Of a DNA stretch of 64,000 bases, positions 31,012-41,225 are shown one piece after another. Below the pieces are notes generated by a model that was given only the letters and a program-made list of their open reading frames with translations, was not told the DNA's origin and made no database searches. The position numbers and the translations under genes were made by a program. Source of the DNA: Chloroflexota bacterium (GTDB taxonomy: Bacteria > Chloroflexota > UBA11872 > VXNJ01). The stretch lies in assembly GCA_965261345.1 (NCBI GenBank), contig OZ253449.1, forward strand, positions 672,001 through 736,000. The letters are read 5' to 3'. Within the stretch, counting starts at the first letter, position 1; every line of letters begins with the position of its first letter.

Positions 31012-32651
31012 CCGGCGCCGACGCGATCGTCGAAATCCTGCGCCGCGAGGGCGTTGATACCGCGTTCTGCTTTCCCATGACCAATATCCAGGAAGCTATG
31101 GCGCGCGCCGGCCTGCGGGTGGTGATGGCCCGCCAGGAAAGGGTCGCCGGCAATATGGCCGACGGCATGTCGCGGGCGACCGTGGGCGGGAAGATCGGAG
31201 TGTTTGCGGTCCAGCAATCGGCCGGATCGGAGAACGCCTTTTCACCGGTTGCCCACGCCCGCACCGACAACTCGGCAATGCTTTACCTGCCCGGCCACCC
31301 GGGCCTGGATGCCATAGACGTGACCCCCACGTTCGACAGCATGAACAATTTTTCGGGAACCCTAAAGTTCGGCACCAAGCTTTACGCCCCCCACCAGATT
31401 GAGACCAAGTTGCGTCATGCATTCGTGCAGTTGCGCTCCGGTCGACCCGGACCGGTGATGGTCGAAATCCTCGGCGAAGCGGCGAAGAGCGATTTCTCGG
31501 GAACGATCGACTACCGCCCGATTGCACCGATCCGGATGGCCCCCGACATCGGGGCGGTCACCGCTGCCGCCGAATTGCTGCAACGGGCCGACTGCCCGCT
31601 GATCTGGGCCGGTCAGGGAGTCAAATGGGCGCGTGCCAGCTCGCAACTGGTGGAATTGGCCGAGATCTGCGGTGCCCCGGTAATGACCACCCTTATCGGA
31701 AAGGGCGCCTTTCCCGAGGACCATTCGCTGGCCGCCGGCGTGGGATCTCTATCGGCCACCGCGATGGCCGATTACTACCTCGAGCACTGCGACCTAATAC
31801 TGGCAATCGGGACAAGCCTGTCGCAGTCCTCATTCACCCCCACCATCCCGTCCGGCAAACGGATCATCCACTGCAACGTGGAGGCCTCCGAGCTGCACAA
31901 GAACTACCCCACCGAGGTGGCAGTGCAAGCCGACGCCGGTTTGTTTCTCGAGGCGCTCTCGGAGCAACTGAAGACTCTGGGGCGCGAACAATTCGCCGCT
32001 CGGAGGCGCCGCACCACAGAGCAACTTGCGGCCCTGCGTCGCGATTGGCTGGCCGAATACTCGAGCGAATTTGCCGACGATTCAACGCCGATCAACGGGT
32101 ATCGGCTGTTCGCCGAGGTCTGGCGCGCGCTGGACCGGCGCCCGTCCACACTGCTGCATGAGTCCGGCGCCAGCCGAGACATTCAATCGGTTTTCTATAC
32201 CGCTCGCGAACCGGAAGAATACCTGGGTTGGGGCCAATCGACCCAATTGGGTTTCTCGCTGGGCGCGGCAATGGGCGCAAAACTCGCTCACCCGGAAAGA
32301 TTCGTAGTCAACGCCATGGGTGATGCCGCGGTGGGGATGACCGCGATGGATTGGGAAACTGCCGTCCGCGAACAGATCCCCATAACCACAGTCGTAAAGC
32401 ACGACTCCAAGTTCTCCGGGTATTCGCACTCCATTCCCGAATCGGCCGCCCGATATGGCTCCGACTCGGTGGCCGGCGATTACGCCGGTGTGGCGCGGGC
32501 GCTCGGTTGCGTGGCCGAACGGATCGAAAATCCGGGAGAGCTGCCGGGTGCCTTGGAGCGGGCGGCGATTGCCAACTCCGAGGGCCGACCTGCGGTCCTT
32601 GACGTAATTACCAAACCGACCACGCGGCTTTCACGGCGTCGCGTCGGATAG
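31008..32651 (+). CDS. Thiamine pyrophosphate-dependent enzyme (acetolactate synthase-like)
   Basis: MTGADAIVEILRREGV, ARQER, SGRPGPV, GKGAFPEDH, GDAAVGM TPP motif. Confidence 0.9.
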   Translation: MTGADAIVEILRREGVDTAFCFPMTNIQEAMARAGLRVVMARQERVAGNMADGMSRATVGGKIGVFAVQQSAGSENAFSPVAHARTDNSAMLYLPGHPGLDAIDVTPTFDSMNNFSGTLKFGTKLYAPHQIETKLRHAFVQLRSGRPGPVMVEILGEAAKSDFSGTIDYRPIAPIRMAPDIGAVTAAAELLQRADCPLIWAGQGVKWARASSQLVELAEICGAPVMTTLIGKGAFPEDHSLAAGVGSLSATAMADYYLEHCDLILAIGTSLSQSSFTPTIPSGKRIIHCNVEASELHKNYPTEVAVQADAGLFLEALSEQLKTLGREQFAARRRRTTEQLAALRRDWLAEYSSEFADDSTPINGYRLFAEVWRALDRRPSTLLHESGASRDIQSVFYTAREPEEYLGWGQSTQLGFSLGAAMGAKLAHPERFVVNAMGDAAVGMTAMDWETAVREQIPITTVVKHDSKFSGYSHSIPESAARYGSDSVAGDYAGVARALGCVAERIENPGELPGALERAAIANSEGRPAVLDVITKPTTRLSRRRVG

Positions 32652-32666
32652 GAAGTCCGTCCGCGA

Positions 32667-33848
32667 ATGTCGATATACGCCCAACGCTACGGAATGCGCC
32701 CGGTCATCAACGCCGCCGGCAACTACACCGCCCTGGGCGGCTCCATCATGGACCCGACAGTTATCGCCGCAATGCAGCAGGCCGCCGCCGATTGGGTAAG
32801 CCTGCCTGACCTGCAGCGGCTGGTTGCCGAGGAGGTAGGCAACCTGCTGGGGTTTACGTCGGGCAGCGGATCGGCGGTCCAAATTACCGCCGGAGCGGCG
32901 GCGGCCAACATGCTCGCGGCGGCAGCGGCGATCGCGCAGGGTTCGGTTGCGGCCATGGGCCGACTGCCCGACCCGGGAGATCGCCCCTGCGAGATCGTGT
33001 TCCCGGCGCAAATGGGCGGAGTTTGGACCAAAACCTTCGCGATGGCCGGGGCCAGGATCGTGATCGCCCCGACTGAACCGATATTTGATCCGGCGCTAAA
33101 TGGGCGGGTGCTAGCTTCCAGCCTAGATTCGGTCGCTTCAGCGGTAACAGATGCGACCTGCGCAATCGGTGCGGTCCTGACCTGGGAAATGCCGGCGCAA
33201 GGGCTGATTTCGGTCGCCGCGCTCGGATCGCTGGCAGCGCGGTTCGGTCTTCCGCTGTTAGTTGATGCCGCGGCCGAAATTCCGCCAATCGGCCGTATCG
33301 AAGAGCTGCGAGCGGCCGGAGCGACGACCGTGTCCGTCTCTGGCGGCAAAGCGATTGGCGGACCGAATGCCACCGGGATGCTGGTTGGATCCACCCCGTA
33401 CGTGCGTAGTGCCGGCATGATGGCCGCCCCGCAGGAAGGCATGCTGGGGCGGGTAGCCAAGGTAGCCCGCGAACAGCTGGTCGGTTTGCACGTGGCGGTA
33501 GAGCAATATCTGCAATCGGACGAAGCGGAAATGTTGTCCGCCTGGGAGCGCCGCTGCGATGAGGTCACCGATTCGGTCGGAGACGTTGCGGGGATGCGCA
33601 TCGAGCGGGTCTGTCCGGATGAAACCGGGTTGCCGGTCCCCAGGTTGCGAATCCACCTGGGTCCGCAATCGGGAACTGACCCAGTTGAGAAGATCACCAA
33701 CGAGCTACGGACCGGTGAGTTCGACGTTCGCCTCCGCGGCGGATATCCCGGAGCCCGCTTTCTCAACGTGGATGTGGCTTGCCTGCGCCGCGGCGAGGCC
33801 GCCATCGTCGGACGGCGACTGCGCGAAGAGATCCTCGCTGCGAGTTAG
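32667..33848 (+). CDS. SelA-like / DgaE-like PLP-dependent enzyme
   Basis: VINAAGNYTALGGS, LLVDAAAE, SGGKAIGGP. Confidence 0.85.
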   Translation: MSIYAQRYGMRPVINAAGNYTALGGSIMDPTVIAAMQQAAADWVSLPDLQRLVAEEVGNLLGFTSGSGSAVQITAGAAAANMLAAAAAIAQGSVAAMGRLPDPGDRPCEIVFPAQMGGVWTKTFAMAGARIVIAPTEPIFDPALNGRVLASSLDSVASAVTDATCAIGAVLTWEMPAQGLISVAALGSLAARFGLPLLVDAAAEIPPIGRIEELRAAGATTVSVSGGKAIGGPNATGMLVGSTPYVRSAGMMAAPQEGMLGRVAKVAREQLVGLHVAVEQYLQSDEAEMLSAWERRCDEVTDSVGDVAGMRIERVCPDETGLPVPRLRIHLGPQSGTDPVEKITNELRTGEFDVRLRGGYPGARFLNVDVACLRRGEAAIVGRRLREEILAAS

Positions 33849-34243
33849 ATAAGTCCCCAAGTCGGTCCGCACGACATGGAGGATTTAACCGCCAGCGAAG
33901 CCGGGGTGGGAGCGGCTCCACTGATTAGATGGGCGTGGGAAGTCGCCTAACGGGGCTGCCAGCGCGGGCGCAATTGGCCCGAGAATCCGCAGATTGATTT
34001 GGGTTGGGGCCCTTAACCGGGCGGTCCGATTTAGACAGCCAGGTGCCCAGGGGCGGGTGTAAGGCCGATCCGCCAATACCTTGTAAATCAGCTAGGTAGC
34101 GCGCGCCGCGACCGGATGCTGGGGGCGGTGCGATGCGGCAAAACCCTACTTTCCACACAGCCAGAGGCGCTACTGGAAGATGCCAAGGCAATCTAGCAAA
34201 CGGTAGAGCGTCCCGCTCCCCGGCACCGCCATAATCCCTGGTC

Positions 34244-34273
34244 TTGTATTAAGGTTCCTCAAGGTGGTACATT
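34244..34273 (+). promoter_or_regulatory. Putative sigma70-type promoter for dxs
   Basis: TTGTAT-N18-TACATT with extended -10 TG, about 130 bp upstream of dxs. Confidence 0.5.
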
Positions 34274-34401
34274 GGCTTAGCGCGCTCGCCTCACGCGAGA
34301 ATGGGATTGTGAACCGATAGGCTGTCGGGTCGAAGTCCAAGATATCTTCAACTTATGGTGATTTCCCATCCCCGAGCTGACGCTTCAATCGGAGGCCTCT
34401 C

Positions 34402-36336
34402 ATTTCTGCACGTCGAATAGACGCGATAGACGAACCGGGCGACCTTAAGGAATTAACCCACGAGGAGTTGGCTCAGGTCGCCGAGGAATTGCGCGAAACG
34501 ATCATCTCGGTAATTACTGACCGCGGTGGACACCTAGCTTCAAACCTAGGGGTCGTCGAGCTGACGCTGGCACTTCATCGCGCGTTCAACAGCCCCGCGG
34601 ACAGCCTGGTCTGGGATACCACCAACCAGACCTATACCCACAAGCTGGTGACCGGGCGGCGCGACGAATTTCAGAGCATTCGCCTTGCGGGTGGACTTTC
34701 CGGATTCGGTGAGCCAAACGAAAGTCCGCACGATACGCTCGCTGCCGGCCACGCCGGCACCGGACTTTCGATCGCTCTTGGAATGTCGCTGGGGGCGGCG
34801 AATCGTGGTTCGGATTCTTGGACCGTAGCGGTGGTCGGTGATGGCGCGATGACTTCCGGATCGAGCTTTGAGGCGCTGAACAATATCGTGCACCTCAATC
34901 CCGAGAATTTCGTCGTTGTCCTCAACGACAACGGTATGTCGATCTCTGAGAACATCGGCTTTCTCACCAATTGGCGCAAACGCGTAATCACGCATCCCGA
35001 ATACCAGGCGATGATCGGTCGGATGAAGGCACTTTCCCGGAAGGTGCCGACCGGTGGGATCATGTACGACCTCGTCAAGCGTTTAAATACCGGCCTTGCC
35101 GGATTCATCGTGCCCACGATGTTTTGGACCGAGATGGGATTTCAGTATCTAGGTCCCGTCGATGGTCACGACTTCAAGCAACTGGAAGAGACGCTACAGC
35201 AAGCTCGAACGCCAACCGGCCTCGTGCCGTTGGTACATGTGGTAACACACAAGGGGCGCGGCTACGAACCTGCCGAGGACGACCCAGTCAAGTTTCATCA
35301 ACCTAGTTCGCCATTGGCCGATGCGCCGGGCGCGCCCACGTACTCGCAGGTGTTCGCCCAGACGCTGGGCCGTCTAATGCGCGAGGACGAGTCGGTGGTT
35401 GGTATTAGCGCGGCAATGCTTGAGGGTACCGGGCTGGTAGGGATTCAACGCGAATTCCCAGAACGGATCTTCGATGTTGGCATCGCCGAGCAACACGCGT
35501 TAAGCATGGCGGCCGGAATGGCATCCGCTGGACTTAAGCCATTTGTTTCGATTTATTCAACTTTCCTCCAGCGGGCGTTCGACCAAGTCGTTCACGACGT
35601 CTGCCTCCAAAACCTGCCGGTGACGCTTATTGCCGACCGCGCGGGCATTGTTGGGGAAGACGGTAAGACGCATCACGGCGCATTCGACATCTCGTACCTG
35701 CGGTGCCTTCCCAATGCGATCGTGGCGGCCCCCATGAACGAAAACGATCTACAGCACCTCATCTACACCGCTTACAGATATCCGGGGCCGTTTGCCATCC
35801 GAATCGCACGGGGGGCAGCATTGGGCACACCCCTCGACGAGGATCTGCGGGAACTACCGATCGGGAAAGGCTACGTCGTCAGAGAGGGCAGTGACGTGGT
35901 GATTTTTGCTTTGGGCAAGTCGGCCAGCGCAGCCGCAAGCGCGGCCGAAATTCTCGCCGCAAATGATATTTCATGCGGGGTAATCAATCCGATTTTCGTC
36001 AAGCCGCTCGACGCTGATCTGCTGTTGGGGGCGGCCCGCACTACCCGCCGCATCGTAACCGTGGAAGAAAACGTGCTGGCCGGAGGGTTCGGCTCTGCGG
36101 TGCTCGAATTGATTGCCGCCGCCGGGCTGGAGGACGTATCGGTGCACCGTATCGGGATGCCAGATTCCTTCATTGAGCACGGCACGGCGGCCGAGCAGCG
36201 AGGGCGGTTGCAGTTGGACGGGTCGGGCATCGCCCAGCAAGTCCAGGATGTCTTCTTCCCTAATCTGGGCGGCCCTGGGCAACAGGGTGAGACCATCGAT
36301 AGTGGCCACAAACGCAAACAGGCCGCGAGCTTATAA
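34402..36336 (+). CDS. dxs: 1-deoxy-D-xylulose-5-phosphate synthase
   Basis: GGHLASNLGVVELT, GDGAMT...EALNN...NDN, YLGPVDGHD, DVGIAEQHA, YSTFLQRAFDQ. Conserved N-terminus (IDAIDEPGDLKEL) lies upstream of the tracked TTG 34468; proposed start ATT 34402. Confidence 0.97.
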   Translation: MSARRIDAIDEPGDLKELTHEELAQVAEELRETIISVITDRGGHLASNLGVVELTLALHRAFNSPADSLVWDTTNQTYTHKLVTGRRDEFQSIRLAGGLSGFGEPNESPHDTLAAGHAGTGLSIALGMSLGAANRGSDSWTVAVVGDGAMTSGSSFEALNNIVHLNPENFVVVLNDNGMSISENIGFLTNWRKRVITHPEYQAMIGRMKALSRKVPTGGIMYDLVKRLNTGLAGFIVPTMFWTEMGFQYLGPVDGHDFKQLEETLQQARTPTGLVPLVHVVTHKGRGYEPAEDDPVKFHQPSSPLADAPGAPTYSQVFAQTLGRLMREDESVVGISAAMLEGTGLVGIQREFPERIFDVGIAEQHALSMAAGMASAGLKPFVSIYSTFLQRAFDQVVHDVCLQNLPVTLIADRAGIVGEDGKTHHGAFDISYLRCLPNAIVAAPMNENDLQHLIYTAYRYPGPFAIRIARGAALGTPLDEDLRELPIGKGYVVREGSDVVIFALGKSASAAASAAEILAANDISCGVINPIFVKPLDADLLLGAARTTRRIVTVEENVLAGGFGSAVLELIAAAGLEDVSVHRIGMPDSFIEHGTAAEQRGRLQLDGSGIAQQVQDVFFPNLGGPGQQGETIDSGHKRKQAASL

Positions 36337-37119
36337 GTCCGTAGCCTTCCAGTTCGCCGCCCGACCACCTAACCCTGGAAATGCCCTGCGGCCACCGAGG
36401 TTAGGCCTAGAGAAAAACCTGGCCACGCGCTTCCGGCGCCACCGATCACGTGTCATCTTTGGGCCGTACATTTGAAATTGACCGCATCCGGTTGGAAGCT
36501 GAACCCGAACGCGCTAAAGATAACGCTTTCGGGATAAATTTTGGCGACCTGTCGCTCCGGATCGGGCTGGGGACGCGCCAACTCAGCAATTGTTTTAGGG
36601 TGTCCTGCTCGCGCCGCAACTGTCAACCTTTGCCAATTCCCCGAGCAAGCTAGATATGGCGCCCAGGCTGGTCTGTTGCCGATGCCATCAGATGGCCTTT
36701 GGGTGCCGGCGAATCGGCCCAACGGCCGCGGGGTTTTACAGGGCGTCATCAGGCCATTTCTAAACCCGCTGGGATTGTTGCGTCGCCAATAAAAGACGCC
36801 CAAAATCAGAGTTTTTATAGATACCGGATTGCGCTACTGATGGTGGCCGTCTGGCGCCACGAAACGAGTGTGGATGGACTGGAAATGCAGGTCCCGTGGT
36901 GCCATGAGAGTGCCACAGCCAAACAAGCCCGCGCGGTCGATCCGATCGCCGTGGCGGTGTGCCGGACGAAAGAGAATTCCGCACTAATCGGCAAACGTTC
37001 AGCGCCGACGCCGATTATTTCCCGCGAGTGCAGCGGCGGTAGCAAATTCTTAATCGATAAGCCTGCAGGGCCGGCCAATTCTCTAGATCATCGACGCTGC
37101 GGGGAAGATTCGCGGCGCA

Positions 37120-37136
37120 CCCCCCCCCGGGGGGGG
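37120..37136. repeat. C9G8 homopolymer inverted repeat
   Basis: CCCCCCCCCGGGGGGGG flanked by CGCG arms and followed by a T-rich run. Confidence 0.85.
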
Positions 37137-37363
37137 CATCGCGCGAGACATGTTTTTTATTTACGATCAACCGCGCGCCGCCAGAACCTAGCGATCAATT
37201 CGCCAATTGGGTCGATCGAGGGGTGGACTGGCGAGCAATGTGGTTGTTTTCAATTTCCAGGATACGCACGATCCGGTAAGGCGATTGTCTTGTAGAGTAA
37301 AAAAACGCCTCGGGCTGAATTAGGGCTTGGCTCCAGGTCACTGGCGAATGGCGGGAAAATCGG

Positions 37364-38251
37364 ATGGGGTTCCCCGAGTTGGGCGGTCGCACGCGGTGGA
37401 GCGTGGCGGAATCTTACGAATATTGCCGCAAACTCGCTCGGTTGCACTACGAAAACTTCCCTGTTGCGTCATGGATCCTACCAAGGGAAAAACGCCCGCA
37501 CGTCTACGCCATCTATGCGTTTTGCCGCGTCGTCGATGACTTAGGTGACGAGGCCGAAGGAGACCGCCTAGCCCTTTTGGACGCGTGGGAAGAGGAGTTG
37601 CACCGGTGCTACTTGTCGCGTCCCAGCCACCCGGTAACCATCGCATTGCACGAGACCATCCAACGCTTTCACATTCCGCAGGAGCCGTTCCAAAAGCTAA
37701 TCAAAGCCAATCGCATCGACCAGGTCGCCAAGCGCCACGCTACCTACGAGGACCTGCTGGACTACTGCGAGCACTCGGCCAATCCGGTCGGGCATCTATT
37801 TTTGCGGCTGTTTGGGTACCAGGATGAAGAGAGGCAGCTCTTGGCCGACGCCACGTGCACTGCGCTCCAGCTCACTAACTTCTGGCAGGACGTACGCCGT
37901 GACCTGGAGATGGGTCGCGTATATATTCCGCAAGAGGACTTGCAACGATTTGGGTGCCAAGTCAATCAGTTGCGGGCCGGGGACGCCGACGAGCGGTTTC
38001 GGCGTCTCATGAGATTCCAAGTTGAGCGCACACGTGACCTCTTTACCCAAGGCGCCAGGTTAGTGGGTATGGTGGATGGGGCGGCGCGATTCGACATCGC
38101 CCTCTTCACTCTCGGGGGTTTGCACATCCTGAACGCAATCGAGCGCCAAGGATACGATGTTCTCAGCAACCGCCCAACCATTTCCACAATTGCCAAAACT
38201 TGGTTGGTTGCAAGCACGGCAATCAGGCTGAAGTTACGACCAAGAATCTGA
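37364..38251 (+). CDS. hpnC: Hydroxysqualene synthase HpnC
   Basis: HYENFPVAS, DDLGDE, SANPVG, LQLTNFWQDVRRD...GRVYIP. Confidence 0.93.
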   Translation: MGFPELGGRTRWSVAESYEYCRKLARLHYENFPVASWILPREKRPHVYAIYAFCRVVDDLGDEAEGDRLALLDAWEEELHRCYLSRPSHPVTIALHETIQRFHIPQEPFQKLIKANRIDQVAKRHATYEDLLDYCEHSANPVGHLFLRLFGYQDEERQLLADATCTALQLTNFWQDVRRDLEMGRVYIPQEDLQRFGCQVNQLRAGDADERFRRLMRFQVERTRDLFTQGARLVGMVDGAARFDIALFTLGGLHILNAIERQGYDVLSNRPTISTIAKTWLVASTAIRLKLRPRI

Positions 38252-38285
38252 ACTTTTCGCCTTCGGATACGGAAAGGAGGTGTTC

Positions 38286-39158
38286 ATGCCAACCGAGTTG
38301 GACCGAGCCTATGAGTTCTGCCGAACGTTAACCAAAAAGCGCGCCAAGAACTTCTACTACGGCTTCATTACGCTTCCCGCCCGCAAGCGCCGGGCCGTAT
38401 ACGCCATGTACGCCTTCTGCCGCCAGTGCGACGACGCCGCGGACGATATCACCGACGACGATGAGCGGTCACGACTTCTCATCGAGCAACGGACCGGACT
38501 TGCCAGAACCTACGCCGGCCGGCCGGAGGGACCGGTCTTTGTCGCCATGCATGACGCCATCAATACCTATTGCATTCCCTTGGAATACTTGGTAGCGGTA
38601 ATCGACGGCGTCGAAATGGACAGCTTCAAGACGCGATATTCAACATTTGAGGACCTGAAGGAATACTGCTATTTGGTGGCGTGCTCGGTGGGGCTTGTCT
38701 GCATCGAGATATTTGGGTACAGCGACGCCAGCGCCAGAGAGCACGCCGTGGATTTGGGGATGGCAATGCAGCTGACCAACATCCTCCGAGACGTGGAAGA
38801 GGACGGCAGGCGAAGCCGTGTGTACATACCGCAGGAGGATCTGGACCGTTTCGGTTACTCAGAGGAAGAGCTCTTCCGGGGGGCGGTCAACGATAACTTT
38901 AAGGCGCTGATGCGATTTCAGGCTGAACGCGCCCAGGCGCATTTCAGCCGGGCTGAAAAGCTGTTTCCGCTTCTGTCGCCGCGCTCCCGAGCCTGTCCGG
39001 CAGTGCTTCACGCGACCTACAAACGCCTTCTAGATCGAATTGAGGATTCCGGCTACAACGTTTTTGGCAGTAGGATAAGCCTTGGCGCGGGCGAAAAGCT
39101 CGCGCTGATGGCACGACTTTGGGCAAACCAATTAGCAACAATAGCCGCGGGAAAGTAG
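38286..39158 (+). CDS. hpnD: Presqualene diphosphate synthase HpnD
   Basis: NFYYGF, YAFCRQCDDAADD, YCYLVA, QLTNILRDVEED; SD AAGGAGG; lies between hpnC and hpnE. Confidence 0.9.
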   Translation: MPTELDRAYEFCRTLTKKRAKNFYYGFITLPARKRRAVYAMYAFCRQCDDAADDITDDDERSRLLIEQRTGLARTYAGRPEGPVFVAMHDAINTYCIPLEYLVAVIDGVEMDSFKTRYSTFEDLKEYCYLVACSVGLVCIEIFGYSDASAREHAVDLGMAMQLTNILRDVEEDGRRSRVYIPQEDLDRFGYSEEELFRGAVNDNFKALMRFQAERAQAHFSRAEKLFPLLSPRSRACPAVLHATYKRLLDRIEDSGYNVFGSRISLGAGEKLALMARLWANQLATIAAGK

Positions 39159-40516
39159 TTGTTCTTGGCGGCGGACTGGCTGGCATTGCGGCCGCCTGCG
39201 AACTAGCCGATCGCGGCTACGAAGCGGTATTGGTCGAGAAACGGCCCTTCCTAGGAGGGAGGGCGTTTTCGTTTCCCGAACCCGAAACGGGCCAGGTTAT
39301 TGACAACGGCCAGCATGTATTCCTAGGTTGCTGTACGGCTTACATCGCCTTCCTTGAGAAACTGGGAGTCTTGGCGAACACCCATGTTCCGACCGAGCTA
39401 AACATCCCTGTGCTCGGAAAGGGCGGAAGGAAGGTTTTCCTTCGCAGTGCCAACCTGCCTGCCCCTTTTCACCTTGTTCCCACCGTGCTTGGCTACACCC
39501 ACATTTCCCTAAAAGATAGATTTCGGGTGCTTTACGGGGGCCTGCGCATCGCTTTGGCGGGGCGCAGGCGGGGGAGGGGCAGATTGGACAAAATCACGTT
39601 TGGCAATTGGCTCAAGCAGCATCGCCAGAGCGACCACGCCATTGCCAGGTTCTGGAACCTGATAGTCCTGCCCACACTAAACGACGACATATCCAAGGTG
39701 AGTGCGGATATGGGATTGATGGTTTTCCGGGAAGGAATCCTTAAAACCAAGCTGAGCGCTGGCATTGGATACGCCAAGGTGGGCCTCACCGATCTGGTAT
39801 CCGAGGCCACCGGCTGCTACCTATCTTCACGCGGTGGAAACGTGACATTGAGTACCGGAGCCAGAAAAATTGTTGTCGAGGGCGACACCGTAATTGGAAT
39901 CGAGACGTCGGCTGGTTTGATTGCCGGCGATTGGTACATTTCCGCTCTTCCCTCTGATGACCTCTTGGCCGTGCTGCCCTCGCCCGTCGCCGACGGGGCG
40001 TTTTTCGCACGGGCCAAGAGACTATCATATTCGCCCATCGTCGACGTGCACATCTGGTACGACCGTCCGGTGATGGATGAGGCCTTCGCCGGCTTTGTTG
40101 ATTGCCGCTTACAGTGGGTGTTTAACAAGACTTGGATGCAGGGTGAATCGGAATCGTCGGGGCAGTATTTGTGCATCTCGCTTAGCGGCGCTTGGGAGTA
40201 TGCCGACATGCCGAAAGAGGCGATACGAAAATTGTTCCTGGAAGAGATGCGGCGTGTCTTCCCGCACGCGCGCGAGGCGCGAGTGGAACGCCTGTTGGTA
40301 GTAAAGCAGCCCCGCGCCACCTTTCGCTCGCTTCCGGGAATTGGCCTCCACCGGTTGCCCAGCGCAACACCGGTCGCAAATCTATTACTGGCCGGCGAGT
40401 GGGTTGACACAGGTTGGCCCGGCACGATGGAGGGGGCGGTTCGCAGCGGTCAGACGGCAGCAAATACACTGGTCGACCTCGAAATCGGCAGGCAAAACGA
40501 TTCATTCGGATCGTGA
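39119..40516 (+). CDS. hpnE: Hydroxysqualene dehydroxylase HpnE (FAD-dependent)
   Basis: GGGLAG dinucleotide motif, LGGRAFSF, DNGQHVFLGCC, LAGEWVDTGWPGTMEGAVRSG. Confidence 0.92.
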   Translation: MGKPISNNSRGKVVVLGGGLAGIAAACELADRGYEAVLVEKRPFLGGRAFSFPEPETGQVIDNGQHVFLGCCTAYIAFLEKLGVLANTHVPTELNIPVLGKGGRKVFLRSANLPAPFHLVPTVLGYTHISLKDRFRVLYGGLRIALAGRRRGRGRLDKITFGNWLKQHRQSDHAIARFWNLIVLPTLNDDISKVSADMGLMVFREGILKTKLSAGIGYAKVGLTDLVSEATGCYLSSRGGNVTLSTGARKIVVEGDTVIGIETSAGLIAGDWYISALPSDDLLAVLPSPVADGAFFARAKRLSYSPIVDVHIWYDRPVMDEAFAGFVDCRLQWVFNKTWMQGESESSGQYLCISLSGAWEYADMPKEAIRKLFLEEMRRVFPHAREARVERLLVVKQPRATFRSLPGIGLHRLPSATPVANLLLAGEWVDTGWPGTMEGAVRSGQTAANTLVDLEIGRQNDSFGS

Positions 40517-40937
40517 CTTTTGAGCCGGTCGATCCCTTTGCTTTACCAAGATAGTTGCAGTGATTCGTGACCTTTAATTTGGTTCCACGTGGTGTAAATT
40601 CGCAGCACTCCGATTCGGTGTCGGCCGCGGTCGACAAATCTTCAACGACGCCATTTAACAGTTGGGCGGCGGCTTCCAATTCTGCTGGCGAAAGTAGCCG
40701 CCGCTTTGGCTGCCGGCGCCAGATTGGAGCGCTTTTGGCGGGGCAGCACTAAGGCGAGATTGAGGCCAAATCCTACCCGAACATGTCTTTTCTTAAAAAA
40801 AGAGCAACGTAGGGAGTTGGCGCTGATTGCTATCGCTTAAGTTTCAGCGAAGAAAATCAGGCCAAATTCGATCGGGTGACGCCATTGCCAATTGCAGATC
40901 TTATCAGCGCAAAACTGTCAAACCGGGAGGCGGTGCG

Positions 40938-41222
40938 ATGGAAACCCTCAAGCTTGCAGAATTCGCCCTCGGCGTCGTAGCTGCCAACTTGGTCATGTGG
41001 ACAGCGATGTGAAGGGTTTTGCCAAACCGCAAAAGCGCACTCCCCGTGGTCGAGCGCGCGGTCGGGTTCGGCTACGGCATTGTCCGCATACCGTTGGTCA
41101 CCGCATGCGTTTTATCCGAGGCTCAATTGGCTACAGGCAAACCAACGTGGTGTGGTATTGGCGTAAAGACCGCCAGGAAATCAATCAGAAAAGGGGCTCA
41201 ACGCCGCAGCTCCGGAAGTTGA
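40938..41222 (+). pseudogene. Possible small membrane protein gene interrupted by an in-frame TGA
   Basis: SD GGGAGG then ATG 40938: METLKLAEFALGVVAANLVMWTAM*RVLPNRKSALPVVERAVGFGYGIVRIPLVTACVL..., with the same frame open after TGA 41010-41012. Confidence 0.35.
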
Positions 41223-41225
41223 GCT

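Noticed and set aside
32723-33805. Long antisense ORFs (e.g. 32723-33805, 7260-8348, 12638-13522, 19635-20615)
   Set aside because: Shadow frames of well-supported genes in GC-rich DNA; no motifs; one crosses the tRNA.
32667-33848. True selenocysteine synthase selA
   Set aside because: Shorter, lacks the SelA N-terminal tRNA-binding region and TNRT motif; no selB or selC nearby.
37364-40516. Carotenoid (crtB/crtI) cluster
   Set aside because: HYENF-type HpnC plus a second synthase plus DNGQH-type HpnE match the squalene pathway.
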